A stretch of 64,000 nt of DNA from Armatimonadota bacterium (lineage in GTDB: Bacteria > Vulcanimicrobiota > JACPDS01 > JBDRKI01), in the NCBI GenBank assembly GCA_043814095.1, contig JBDRKI010000102.1, positions 64,001 to 128,000 of the forward strand, read 5' to 3'. The translations under genes were made by a program, and so were the position numbers. The notes under the pieces were generated by a model. The model saw only the letters and a list, made by a program, of their open reading frames with translations, did not search any database and was not told the origin of the DNA. Below, piece after piece: positions 39,126 to 49,044 of the stretch. Each line of letters begins with the position of its first letter. Position 1 is the stretch's first letter.

Positions 39126-39620
39126 TTAAAAACGGTTATAGAATTTAAGTTTATCCTCTCTTGAAAATAGATAATCGTATAAATAGCAAAAGGGAATTAT
39201 AATTACCGTGTTTAGTATTAGGCGGTAAATAATGTCTTCAAATATATAGAACTGTATGTTCGGATACAGAAAAGAAAAGACATAGAATATCAATTCATTA
39301 ACTATCGTAAATATTATACCTGATGTCACGGGGAAAAGAAGGGGTATATTCTCGTAAAAGATTCTTTTTTTGAAAAGTATTATCAGGAAACTTATAATGC
39401 TTAAGGATATAAGGTAGATGCCCCATATATCGGTAAAAAAGAGCCCTTCAATAAGCCCTGCCGTAAACGACAGAAATAATGCTCTCTCCGGAGGCTCATA
39501 TATGCTTATACATATAACCATGATTAAAATAAAATCAGGCCGTACAGGGGTTGTAAAAAAAGTTGCCTGCATTAATGAGAGAATAAAAAAAGTTAAAATG
39601 AGCAGTAAATAACGCATCAT
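39126..39620 (-). CDS. mreD: Rod shape protein MreD
   Basis: Hydrophobic, PDFIL, AGLIEG; position in the mre operon. Confidence 0.8.
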   Translation of the reverse strand: MMRYLLLILTFFILSLMQATFFTTPVRPDFILIMVICISIYEPPERALFLSFTAGLIEGLFFTDIWGIYLISLSIISFLIILFKKRIFYENIPLLFPVTSGIIFTIVNELIFYVFSFLYPNIQFYIFEDIIYRLILNTVIIIPFCYLYDYLFSREDKLKFYNRF

Positions 39621-39623
39621 TCC

Positions 39624-40421
39624 CTACTTTACAATGTATAAATAATCAATTTTATTTAAGCTTACAGAAGGCTTTAATATTAATTCTTTATACATATAAT
39701 CTTCAGACCCTATAACCTTTTTAACCGTGCCTACGGGTATATCCTGAGGCGCCCCGTTCATGCCTGAAGTAACCACAAGGTCTCCTATATCAATTTTAGC
39801 TGAGCTGTCTATATATTTTACAATGCATTCCTTGCCCTTATAGCCGTATACAAGGCCGGTATCGCCTGTTTTTAATACCTTACACGCGGCAACAAATTTA
39901 GGACTTGTAATAAGCCTTACTTTTGAATGACTTTTATAGACAGAAAATACCTTTCCCGCCAACCCCCCCGGAGATACAGCAAGAGCATCTTCTTTTATGC
40001 CTGAGGAAGCACCTTTGTCTATTTCAACAAAATCAAACCATAGATTGGGGGATCTGCCTATTACCTTTACGGCCACCTTCCCTTTTATTTTATCATTCCC
40101 GATATCAAGAAGTTTTTTTAAGTAATTATTCTCTTCCTTATACCTTTTAAGATCATTAATCTTATTTTCCAGAACCGCGTTCTCTTTTACAAGTTCGGTA
40201 TTCTCTTTTGCTATCTGATTTACATGGAACAGGTTGTAGAAAAAATTCTTAAAGCCTGATGATGCGCCTGCTGATGCTGTCTGGACCTTCCCAATACCCG
40301 TATATTTAGCATCCTCAACCATATTATTAGCTCCGGGTGTATTGCAGGATAAAATGAATACAAGAACGGATAATGCGATAATCAGCGCGAATACATACCA
40401 TTTCTTATCAATATCAAACAT
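39624..40421 (-). CDS. mreC: Rod shape protein MreC
   Basis: TM + coiled coil (EN..L..EN), VIGRSP..W, IDKG, GDLVVTSG. Confidence 0.9.
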   Translation of the reverse strand: MFDIDKKWYVFALIIALSVLVFILSCNTPGANNMVEDAKYTGIGKVQTASAGASSGFKNFFYNLFHVNQIAKENTELVKENAVLENKINDLKRYKEENNYLKKLLDIGNDKIKGKVAVKVIGRSPNLWFDFVEIDKGASSGIKEDALAVSPGGLAGKVFSVYKSHSKVRLITSPKFVAACKVLKTGDTGLVYGYKGKECIVKYIDSSAKIDIGDLVVTSGMNGAPQDIPVGTVKKVIGSEDYMYKELILKPSVSLNKIDYLYIVK

Positions 40422-40431
40422 AATTTTCCCT

Positions 40432-41490
40432 TTATTTTGATTTTATGGTGGCATACCTGCCGCATGAAGCCGCTGTTTTAAACAGTTTAAAGTTATTAAA
40501 GATTTTATTCAAGCCGTACGCTACCGCGTAAGAAGGCTCGGGAGCGAGATAACATCTCACGCCCGTTACCCCGGAAAGGTATTTATCAAGCCCTTTAAGG
40601 CATGAACCCCCGCCTGCCAAACAGATGCCGTTATCCATTATATCAACGGAAAGCTCGGGAGGCGTAACTTCAAGAACGGATTTTACAAGATTCCCGATCG
40701 TAACCACAACATTGCTTAAAGCCGAAGCTATCTCGTTATTCGTGATCTGAACTGTTTCGGGAAGGTTCGTGATTATGCTCCTCCCCCTTATATTCATGCT
40801 CTTTATATCATTTGTAGGCACAGCCTGACCTAAAAATATTTTAATTTCTTCCGCGGTACGGCTGCCTATAAGAAGATCATGCTGCTTTTTTACGTAATCC
40901 ATGATGGCTTCATCCATCTCGTCCCCTGCAATATTCACGGCTTTTGACACAACTACATTGCCCATGGATATAACCGACACCTCGCTTGTACCGCCCCCTA
41001 TGTCAAGAATCATGCATCCGCACGGCTTATCAACAGGCAGGCCCGCGCCCAAAGCCGCCGCGACAGTCTGTTCTATAAGGTAAGCAGATCTGCATCCCGC
41101 CATTCTGGCAGCCTCAAGAACGGCCTTCCTTTCAACTCCGGTTGCTTGCGTGGGTATTCCCAGTATAACACGCGGCTTAAAAAGCTTTTTAGCCCTTATT
41201 TTCTCCAGATAGTAATCCAGCATCTTCTGTACGGCGTCAAAATTATTAATTATGCCGTCCTTTAAAGGACGTATAACCTGTATATATTCAGGTTCCCTGC
41301 CGTACATGAGCTTTGCTTCAAAACCAACGGCAACAAGTTTATTCTTCCTTTTGTCAAAAGCTATATATGAAGGCTCGCGCAGTCTTATACCCCTGTTTTT
41401 TACTATAATAGGAGTATTTGCGGTACCCAGGTCTATTCCCACGTCATAGGAAAATTTGCTCATTAACTCATCTACGAAATAATTCCACAT
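40432..41490 (-). CDS. mreB: MreB (divergent)
   Basis: DLGTANT, EPS, RPLKDG, DIGGGTSE, AEEIKI, TPPEL..DI; connect-1 motif reads IEQTVAAA. Confidence 0.92.
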   Translation of the reverse strand: MWNYFVDELMSKFSYDVGIDLGTANTPIIVKNRGIRLREPSYIAFDKRKNKLVAVGFEAKLMYGREPEYIQVIRPLKDGIINNFDAVQKMLDYYLEKIRAKKLFKPRVILGIPTQATGVERKAVLEAARMAGCRSAYLIEQTVAAALGAGLPVDKPCGCMILDIGGGTSEVSVISMGNVVVSKAVNIAGDEMDEAIMDYVKKQHDLLIGSRTAEEIKIFLGQAVPTNDIKSMNIRGRSIITNLPETVQITNNEIASALSNVVVTIGNLVKSVLEVTPPELSVDIMDNGICLAGGGSCLKGLDKYLSGVTGVRCYLAPEPSYAVAYGLNKIFNNFKLFKTAASCGRYATIKSK

Positions 41491-41500
41491 AAATTAAAAA

Positions 41501-42691
41501 TTACGGACCTTCCTTAATAACTTTTTCCTTTTCTTTCTTGCTCTCTTTCTCAAAATACCCCTCAAACTCTTCTTTCAACTGCAATGCCTTTTTGTAATCG
41601 GAAGAGTTAGTTTCTTTTATAATATTCAACAGCATATCTATGCCTTTCTTGGTCATCTTAGGCATGCTCTCACTGCTGTCAGGCGACGGAGGGCACCACC
41701 AGTAAGTGCAGCTGTTTAAACTCTTATCGAAATCCTCAAGCAGCCTTCTTACGGAATTTATCGCAATATCGGTAAGCTCCCACAAAATATGGTGGCATTT
41801 ATTATAATGGCTCTTCCATAAGGGATAAAAATCGCCTCTCCAGAAATCTTCCGAAGTTGTTGACCAGCTCCCCGGGGGTACGCTTTTTTCAAGCTTGGGA
41901 AATTTTTCCATAAGGTCCGTTATTTTTACAAGCTCTATTTTATCTTCCATTCTTTCTAAGGCATCCAGGAACGGCTCAAGGAAGTTTTCAATATAGCCTT
42001 TAACATGATGGCCAAAAGTCTCCCCGTCCATGGCAAGCACCATATACCCGTTTTGAGTTTTAAACCACCCGCCCAGTTCCCTGAGCATCCGGCCCAATAC
42101 AACATCCCCCCTGAAATGATGCCCCTGCGCGTCTTTATCAAAACTTATACTGTTGCTCCAGTGATTTGATCTTAAGAAAACGGCAAGGTCATCTACAGAA
42201 GGAATATAATTATAAGGGGCTTCCTGGTGAATACAGCCGAAAGGTATGTCTTCGGTAATAGTCCATTTATAGCCGGCTACTTTAATATCGCTTACTATCT
42301 CATGGCCGAAAGCCATCTCGGGCGGAAAAAATCCTTCACGCGTGTAATTTTTGCCGAATATCTTTTTGTTGTTTTCATAATTTATGCGTATCTGTCTTCT
42401 TCTCAGGTCTTCAGGAATTAAAGGAAGTATGACATGGTAAGCGGCAGTGCCTGTTATCTCAATCTTGCCCGCGTCCAGGCATTTTTTTATGGACTCAACC
42501 ACATCCGCATACCCGTTATTTAAAAGAAGCTCGGTTAATGACCAGTTTATATTTACGGTAAATCTCGCCTTGGGTTTTCTGAGTATTAAATCAAATAAAG
42601 GCCTGTAGCATTCCTCAACTATCTGTTTTAATACAAAATCATACTGCTCCGGCGGCTGGTAAATATGCAGCAAAAATCCTAAATAAATCAT
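41501..42691 (-). CDS. Glycoside hydrolase family 57 protein
   Basis: HIYQP, EECY.P, YHVILPL, GFFPPEMA, AMDGETFGHH, SW motif. Confidence 0.88.
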   Translation of the reverse strand: MIYLGFLLHIYQPPEQYDFVLKQIVEECYRPLFDLILRKPKARFTVNINWSLTELLLNNGYADVVESIKKCLDAGKIEITGTAAYHVILPLIPEDLRRRQIRINYENNKKIFGKNYTREGFFPPEMAFGHEIVSDIKVAGYKWTITEDIPFGCIHQEAPYNYIPSVDDLAVFLRSNHWSNSISFDKDAQGHHFRGDVVLGRMLRELGGWFKTQNGYMVLAMDGETFGHHVKGYIENFLEPFLDALERMEDKIELVKITDLMEKFPKLEKSVPPGSWSTTSEDFWRGDFYPLWKSHYNKCHHILWELTDIAINSVRRLLEDFDKSLNSCTYWWCPPSPDSSESMPKMTKKGIDMLLNIIKETNSSDYKKALQLKEEFEGYFEKESKKEKEKVIKEGP

Positions 42692-42810
42692 ACTCGCACC
42701 TCTATATAAGTAATACATTAAATATATCTAATCTAAGTTAAACTAAAATAAACTAATTTAAGTTATTATTATGCTTTTTATAATCTATTCCTTCAGGAAT
42801 AAAAGAAAAA

Positions 42811-42838
42811 TATAAGGGCGGTAAAAACCGCCCTTATA
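42811..42838 (-). terminator. Intrinsic terminator after the outer-membrane protein gene
   Basis: TATAAGGGCGGT-aaaa-ACCGCCCTTATA with U-tract on the minus strand. Confidence 0.85.
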
Positions 42839-42875
42839 GATATACGATTAACGATTTTGTTAATATATTCAAGTA

Positions 42876-43667
42876 TTAATATGAGTATGTGAAGTTTAGG
42901 AACGGACCGCCGTTATTGAGCTCAAATATGTCGCCGAGATCTGTGTTTTTGCCTTTTAAATGGAGCCATTTGTAACCGAGATCACATGCCCAGTTCTGAT
43001 AGAAATCCCAGGTAAGTCCGGCATCTACATCGAACATTTCGCCTTCTTTGGAGCCCGAATTGCCCTTCATAAAGTTTATTCTTCCTATACCGTTTAAGTT
43101 CTGAGTTATTTTTGTTTTTCCAAACAAACCAACTTCCGGGATCAAGGTCTTCTGCGAAGTAGCCATAGTTCCGCCTCGTGTGGTATCTGTTATGGCCAGT
43201 GAGGCACCGCCGTATTTAACACCCAATGTGGCACATAGATAGCCGCTGTCGCTCTCAAAAACCTTTTTCTCGTAGATAATATCTACAAATTTTGTGATAA
43301 CCTTTGTGTCTATCACATCACCTGTGAAGAAAGTGTTGTTTCTCCAAGTAATATTTCTTAATAAGGTTTTTGTACCCTTATTCTCTACTGAAAGATAATT
43401 TGCATACAAAGAAGATGTAGCATCAAATTTGTAGCGGAAATTTAAGAGTACTGAACCGGCATTATCGACACCGAGGTCGTTTACCAGATCAAAAGTTTGG
43501 TCAGCAGTAGCGCCAACACCCGGTTTTAATGAACCGGTTATTGAGGGCATCCAGTAGCCCGCGCCTACTTCACCTGTATAATCCTGGGTAAAATAGGTGT
43601 CCTGAGCAAAAGTAGCTCCCATGCAGAAAACAAATGCTAAGACTAGTAATAATACAAATTTTTTCAT
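42876..43667 (-). CDS. Outer-membrane beta-barrel protein
   Basis: Signal peptide (ATFA-QD), alternating beta strands, C-terminal GPFLNFTYSY beta-signal. Confidence 0.78.
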   Translation of the reverse strand: MKKFVLLLVLAFVFCMGATFAQDTYFTQDYTGEVGAGYWMPSITGSLKPGVGATADQTFDLVNDLGVDNAGSVLLNFRYKFDATSSLYANYLSVENKGTKTLLRNITWRNNTFFTGDVIDTKVITKFVDIIYEKKVFESDSGYLCATLGVKYGGASLAITDTTRGGTMATSQKTLIPEVGLFGKTKITQNLNGIGRINFMKGNSGSKEGEMFDVDAGLTWDFYQNWACDLGYKWLHLKGKNTDLGDIFELNNGGPFLNFTYSY

Positions 43668-43751
43668 GTTTTTACCTCCCGTAATAATATATTACATAAT
43701 GGTATTATATGATATACGAAATGTCAATATACCCACAATACAGCATTAATA

Positions 43752-43831
43752 TTGACGTTTTCATGCTATATAGTTATAATATTTAAAATATCTTAATTGG
43801 TATTGCATTAAAATTGAAAATATGCTAAAAT
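43752..43831 (+). promoter_or_regulatory. Tandem SigA promoters of rpmB
   Basis: TTGACG-N17-TATAAT (43752-43780) and TTGCAT-N17-TAAAAT with extended TG (43803-43831). Confidence 0.65.
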
Positions 43832-43894
43832 GACTTCGCTCCTTACGGAGCGTCTCTTTACAGAGTGTTCATTAAAAGAATGGAGATGAATATT

Positions 43895-44086
43895 ATGGCT
43901 AAAAAATGTGAAATTTGCGGAAAAGGCCCGGCTACCGGCACCGCGGTAACCCATTCAAATATTAAAACAAAAAGAAGATGGCTGCCGAACCTGCAGACAG
44001 CTACTTTAATAATTGAGGGTCAGAAAAAGAAAATGAAAGTCTGCACAAGATGTATAAGAACCAATAAAAAGAAAGTTAAAGTATAA
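43895..44086 (+). CDS. rpmB: 50S ribosomal protein L28 (Zn-binding form)
   Basis: MAKKCEICGK...SNIKTKRRWLPNLQ...VCTRC. Confidence 0.95.
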   Translation: MAKKCEICGKGPATGTAVTHSNIKTKRRWLPNLQTATLIIEGQKKKMKVCTRCIRTNKKKVKV

Positions 44087-44109
44087 AAATATACTTTAAC
44101 TGAAATTAT

Positions 44110-44147
44110 AAATTAAAAGACCGCTTTTTACGGCGGTCTTTTAATTT
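44110..44147. terminator. Bidirectional terminator between rpmB and the amylase
   Basis: AAATTAAAAGACCGC / GCGGTCTTTTAATTT. Confidence 0.85.
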
Positions 44148-44176
44148 ATTCCAAATTTACATATTATTTATTCACT

Positions 44177-45718
44177 TTACTTATTGGCATAAACCCCTGT
44201 TTCATATTTATCAAGTTCAATAACCGTTCCTGCGTCTTTTACCTCTATATTCTCACCGATTACCGTCTGACACTCAGGATTATTTTTTGAGTAATAACCA
44301 TCCTTTATATTCAAATTTTTAAGACATATGCGTTTCTTGGGGCCTTTATTAGCGGCGAATAAAATACTGCTGCCGTTATAATTCCTTTCAAAAACAAATA
44401 CATCTTTATCAGCTTCAAGAACCTTTATATCTCCTTCTGAAACTGCCGGATTTTCTTTGCGCAGATCTGACAGCTTTTTAAGGTTTTTTCCGAAATTATT
44501 CAGCTTAAAGCTTTCCATCATCTGTCTGTTATAAGGATCTGAGCCGAACCCCCATGGAGTGGCTATATCTTTATGCATAAACTGCTCGGTACCGTAATAA
44601 ATACAGGGGATACCGGGAGTGAGCATCATGGTGTAAACGGCAATTTGTGTCCGCTTTTCAGCTTCTTCTTCTCCGTATTTCTGGCTTAACAAAGACATAA
44701 TTCTGGGCATATCGTGGTTGTCTATAAAATTAACTTTTTCATTGACATATTTAAAATTAGGAAGAACCTTGTAATAATCTTCCAGAACTTTAAATGAATT
44801 GTCATTTACAAAAACTTCCTTCATGTAATGCGTGTTGGAAAAATCTATTAAAGGAATGTCCGCTTTCTTTTCATAGAAACAGGCAAGATCATTCTCGGGG
44901 CCCGCGTCATACCATTCGCCGAAAACAAAAACATCTTTCTTCTGCTTCATGGATTTTACGAAATCATTTAAGTAAAAAGGTGGAATATATTTGACCGTAT
45001 CAAGACGGAAGCCGTCAATGCCCGTATCCAGCCAGAAAAGATAGCAGTCTTTTAACATTTCATACACATAAGGGTTGTCCTGGCTTAAATCGGCCAGATC
45101 AAGAAGGTTCCTGTAGTAATAATTCCCTAAGTCCTTATCCTTAGAAAAATCTATAGACCCATTGTGATGGAAGTACCCTCCCGCGTCATGGGAATAATCA
45201 CCCAGAAGTTTTCCGTCATAATACAAAGCCCCGTCTATGCCCTGTCCTGCCGGACTTGTATGGTTTAATACTATATCAAGAATAACCTTGATGCCGTTTT
45301 TATGGCATGTATCTACAAGCTCTTTGAATTTTTCTAGCGTGCCGAAATGGGGATTTATCTTTTTAAAATCTTTTGCCCAGTAGCCGTGATATCCGGCTAT
45401 TTTCTCATCACCGCCGTACCAGTAAAGCTTCTCGGTATTTTCAACTACCGGTGTTATCCATATTGCGGTTACGCCCAGGCTTTTAAGATAAGGAATTTTA
45501 TCTATTATGCCCTGAAAATCACCTCCCCAGTAAAGTTTCCAGTCTTTTTTATCCTGCGAGAAAATCTCGCCGCCGAAGTTATTGGTTTTATCCCCGTCAA
45601 AGAAGCGGTCTGTCATTATAAGGTATATTGTATCACCCGTAAAAGAAGACGCGTAAACGCCCGAAAAAAAAGAAACAATAAAAATAGCGGCTAAAAGCAG
45701 CAGGAGCCTTCTTTTCAT
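44177..45718 (-). CDS. Secreted GH13 alpha-amylase (CGTase/maltogenic-like catalytic core)
   Basis: Signal peptide; DRFFDGD, GGDFQG, YHGYW, NHTS, GFRLDTVK, GEW, FIDNHD. Confidence 0.9.
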   Translation of the reverse strand: MKRRLLLLLAAIFIVSFFSGVYASSFTGDTIYLIMTDRFFDGDKTNNFGGEIFSQDKKDWKLYWGGDFQGIIDKIPYLKSLGVTAIWITPVVENTEKLYWYGGDEKIAGYHGYWAKDFKKINPHFGTLEKFKELVDTCHKNGIKVILDIVLNHTSPAGQGIDGALYYDGKLLGDYSHDAGGYFHHNGSIDFSKDKDLGNYYYRNLLDLADLSQDNPYVYEMLKDCYLFWLDTGIDGFRLDTVKYIPPFYLNDFVKSMKQKKDVFVFGEWYDAGPENDLACFYEKKADIPLIDFSNTHYMKEVFVNDNSFKVLEDYYKVLPNFKYVNEKVNFIDNHDMPRIMSLLSQKYGEEEAEKRTQIAVYTMMLTPGIPCIYYGTEQFMHKDIATPWGFGSDPYNRQMMESFKLNNFGKNLKKLSDLRKENPAVSEGDIKVLEADKDVFVFERNYNGSSILFAANKGPKKRICLKNLNIKDGYYSKNNPECQTVIGENIEVKDAGTVIELDKYETGVYANK

Positions 45719-45733
45719 AAGTCCTCCTCGTTT

Positions 45734-46384
45734 TTAATGGGATGCGTGAAGTACCGCAAGCAGCATCCCTTTTTTATATTCTATACTGACTTCATCTTTA
45801 ACAATTATATTGCTTAAAGTCAGCGAACTTCCCCAATTAATATCTTTATTTTTGATCTCGTATCTTAAACCGTTTGTCAGGACATTTTTTACATGGGGAG
45901 TAAGAGGTACAAGGGTCAAAATTTTATCTTTTCTTCCGTTAATTTTTGTTTTCTTATCTAATATATATAATTCACTGTCCTGTGATAGAAACTTTATCTT
46001 ATTAAGGTATTCTTTCCTGCTTAACGGCAGAAATATATTTATAAGTTCATGGTCAATCCTGCCCCCGAGCGCCGCTAAAACTATTATCTCCCCGGGATTT
46101 AAGAGCACCGCGTCATCAATGGCAAGCTCTAAATCGCTTTTATCTTTATCTTTGGGGTATTTTTTGAATATAAGGTCGGTATTTCTTCTTTGGAGCTGTT
46201 TTACCATGTTTTTGTCTATGGAATCAATATCCCCTATTATCATATCCGGGGTAATGCCTAAAAGAAAAGCAAGATAAGTCCCGCCGTTCGCGCATATTAT
46301 AAAATCTTCGTCATTTATAATATTTCTGTAAAACCTTAAATCTTCTATCTGCCCGTTAGCCAGAATAATAACTCTGTTTAACAT
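45734..46384 (-). CDS. thiN: Thiamine pyrophosphokinase
   Basis: CANGG, IIGDIDS, KDKSDLELA, GGRIDH, GLRY, LSN. Confidence 0.9.
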   Translation of the reverse strand: MLNRVIILANGQIEDLRFYRNIINDEDFIICANGGTYLAFLLGITPDMIIGDIDSIDKNMVKQLQRRNTDLIFKKYPKDKDKSDLELAIDDAVLLNPGEIIVLAALGGRIDHELINIFLPLSRKEYLNKIKFLSQDSELYILDKKTKINGRKDKILTLVPLTPHVKNVLTNGLRYEIKNKDINWGSSLTLSNIIVKDEVSIEYKKGMLLAVLHASH

Positions 46385-46401
46385 ATTATTATCTCCATAT
46401 A

Positions 46402-46935
46402 CTATTTATATGTTCTTAAACTTCTGGTCTTGGTTATCCTGTAAATAAAAGGCATTAAAAGATACAGGATTAAAAGAACAGGGATTATATAAGAGGCATT
46501 GTATACGATAGAATAAAACCAGGGATTCGCAAACTCGGGTATGTAAGATTTAAAAAATATATATCCCGATACACAGTGGAACAGGAATCTTAAAAACACG
46601 GCGGCAGTCACGCCTATATATAAATTTAACATAGTGAGCCTCTTTGTAAAAAGAGCCGCTACGGATAAACTTCCGAAAGCAAGCGGGTAATCAAGCAGAA
46701 CCTGCACGGGATGTATGGCAAAAGGGGCCTGGAAAAAATGAAAGATGCCGAACAGGCACCCTCCTATAAGACCGGGCCAGAAACCGGCCGTTAAAACTAA
46801 AATCAGCAAGGGAAGCATCTCAAGAGATACCTCGCCCCCCTGGGGCATACGGAAGAGTTTAAAATAGCTTAAAATCAAAGCTAATGCTATACATATACCT
46901 ATATCAGCTATGATTTTAGTATTATTTGATCTCAT
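46402..46935 (-). CDS. thiT: ECF S-component, thiamine transporter ThiT
   Basis: MPQGGEVSL, HPVQVLLDYPLAF, SGYIFF, YSIVYNASY. Confidence 0.88.
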   Translation of the reverse strand: MRSNNTKIIADIGICIALALILSYFKLFRMPQGGEVSLEMLPLLILVLTAGFWPGLIGGCLFGIFHFFQAPFAIHPVQVLLDYPLAFGSLSVAALFTKRLTMLNLYIGVTAAVFLRFLFHCVSGYIFFKSYIPEFANPWFYSIVYNASYIIPVLLILYLLMPFIYRITKTRSLRTYK

Positions 46936-47317
46936 TTATATATTCTTCTATTTTATCAATAAACTCACGGGCATTAATAATCTGAGCATCGGCGCTTTGT
47001 TTATTTGCCACATAAAAATCATCATAATCGCTCTGAACCCTGATTTTTTCAGCCGCCATCAAGATTTGACCGTATTTCACATCAATTTTTTGTGCTTTTA
47101 TATAATTTTGATTAAAGTAAGATATTATACCTGAATGCTTTTTTGAATCAAATTTATCAAAAGCCAATAATGCTCTTGTAGCGTGAAAAATAGCATAATA
47201 AGAACGGTTTAATGACTGGGCAAATTTGCCGTTTTGAAGCATTAACTCTGAACTTTCCAAATCGCTTTTTGCTTTTTCAATCCGGTATTTTGCTAATTCA
47301 AGCAGCTTTCCGTCCAT
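46922..47317 (-). CDS. HEPN-domain toxin
   Basis: NRSYYAIFHA, SKKHSG, R..SDY. Confidence 0.87.
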   Translation of the reverse strand: MDGKLLELAKYRIEKAKSDLESSELMLQNGKFAQSLNRSYYAIFHATRALLAFDKFDSKKHSGIISYFNQNYIKAQKIDVKYGQILMAAEKIRVQSDYDDFYVANKQSADAQIINAREFIDKIEEYINEIK

Positions 47318-47666
47318 AAATTTCTATTCCTTCCTCATACACATTCCTGTAAAAAGGCAGTACATCCTGGTATTCACTAAACTGACGGTAATTTTTTAAT
47401 ATAACTGACAGTAAAACATTGTATTTTAACGATAAGTCAAAAGTTATTTTTGATATTTCTACATCATATTTTTCAATATTTTCTTCGCTGTCATCTATTA
47501 ACAGCATTATGTCTATATCAGAATCGGCTAACCATTCTCCGCGGACGCAGGATCCATAAAGAATAATTTTTACCAGACTCTCACCTATGATTTTTTGAAA
47601 TTCTGTTCTAACATACGTTAAAACCTGCCGGATATTTTCATTGTTTATGGATAAATCCTGATTCAT
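47298..47666 (-). CDS. Minimal nucleotidyltransferase (MNT) antitoxin
   Basis: ILYGSCVRGE...DSDIDI (GSX10DXD); overlaps the HEPN gene. Confidence 0.87.
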   Translation of the reverse strand: MNQDLSINNENIRQVLTYVRTEFQKIIGESLVKIILYGSCVRGEWLADSDIDIMLLIDDSEENIEKYDVEISKITFDLSLKYNVLLSVILKNYRQFSEYQDVLPFYRNVYEEGIEIYGRKAA

Positions 47667-47724
47667 TTTATTAAAACCTCTATTTTTATTGTTTTCTATA
47701 TCATATTATACTATACCTGCATAA

Positions 47725-49032
47725 TTATTCTATTAATTCATAAATAAGAGGTTTTTTCTCAGACTGTTTATCTTCTATATGTATGGATTTTAAGAGTATT
47801 TTTTCGCTTTCTTTGGTTTTATCCGGATTATTAGACCAGATCTGCGCTATTATCTCTCCTTTATTTACCCTGTCGCCAACTCTTTTTTTCAAAATTACGC
47901 CTACCGCGGGATCAATCACATCTTCCTTTGTGGCTCTGCCTGCCCCTAATATCATGGCTGAAACCCCTATTTCCTGAGCGTCCATTGAATAAACATAACC
48001 GTCTACGGGGGATACTATATCTTCTTTGTACTTTGGCTGTGGCAGAAGGCCTACATCATCAACAACTTTCCCGTCACCGCCCTGGGCATTTATTAACTCT
48101 TTAAATTTTTCCGCGCCTTTACCGCTTTTAAGAATTTCTTCAGCTACTTTAAGACCTTCTTCAAAATCTTTAGATTTACCGCCCATATGTATAAGATGGC
48201 CCGCTAAAGTTAAAGAAACTTCTTCTAAAGGCGTCCCAGAAAGCTTGTTATTCAAAATTAAAATAGCTTCTTTTACTTCCAAAGCGTTGCCTATCATCGC
48301 CCCTAAAGGTTCATCCATATTTGTAATCAATGCTTTCACTTTTTTACCCGACAGCTTCCCTATATCAACCATCGTGCTTGCGAGATCGTGCGCCATCTGG
48401 TAATCCTTCATAAAGGCGCCGCTGCCCACTTTAACATCAAGAAGTATGGCATCCGAGCCCGCGGCAAGTTTTTTACTCATTACCGAACTCGCGATCAAAG
48501 GTATACTTTCAACGGTAGCCGTTACATCGCGCAGTGCGTATATCTTTTTATCCGCAGGCACTAAATTCCCGGTCTGGCCTATAACCGCCACGCCTATGTC
48601 ATTAACCTGCTTAAAAAATTCTTCATGGGTAAGATCTACTTTAACGCCCGGGATAGACTCAAGTTTATCAAGCGTCCCGCCGGTATGGCCTAAGCCCCGT
48701 CCGGACATCTTGGCAACAGGCAGGCCCGCCGCCGCGACTATGGGGGCCAGTATAAGGGTGGTTGTATCCCCCACCCCGCCAGTTGAATGCTTATCCACTT
48801 TAATACCGGGGATAGAAGACAGGTCTACTTTATCCCCGCTGTCTATAAATACTTTTGTTAAATCGGTAGTTTCATGCTCGTTCATCCCTTTTATAAACAC
48901 AGCCATCGCGAAAGAAGCCATCTGGTAATCAGGCACTTCCCCTTTTACATAGCCCATAATCATAGATTCAATCTCTTCTTTGGTTAATATATGACCGTCT
49001 CTTTTTTTCGCTATAACATCATATGCTCTCAT
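47725..49032 (-). CDS. pdp: Pyrimidine-nucleoside phosphorylase
   Basis: DKHSTGGVGD, KMSGRGLGHTGGT.DKLE, SVMSKK. Confidence 0.95.
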   Translation of the reverse strand: MRAYDVIAKKRDGHILTKEEIESMIMGYVKGEVPDYQMASFAMAVFIKGMNEHETTDLTKVFIDSGDKVDLSSIPGIKVDKHSTGGVGDTTTLILAPIVAAAGLPVAKMSGRGLGHTGGTLDKLESIPGVKVDLTHEEFFKQVNDIGVAVIGQTGNLVPADKKIYALRDVTATVESIPLIASSVMSKKLAAGSDAILLDVKVGSGAFMKDYQMAHDLASTMVDIGKLSGKKVKALITNMDEPLGAMIGNALEVKEAILILNNKLSGTPLEEVSLTLAGHLIHMGGKSKDFEEGLKVAEEILKSGKGAEKFKELINAQGGDGKVVDDVGLLPQPKYKEDIVSPVDGYVYSMDAQEIGVSAMILGAGRATKEDVIDPAVGVILKKRVGDRVNKGEIIAQIWSNNPDKTKESEKILLKSIHIEDKQSEKKPLIYELIE

Positions 49033-49044
49033 AAATACCTCCAA

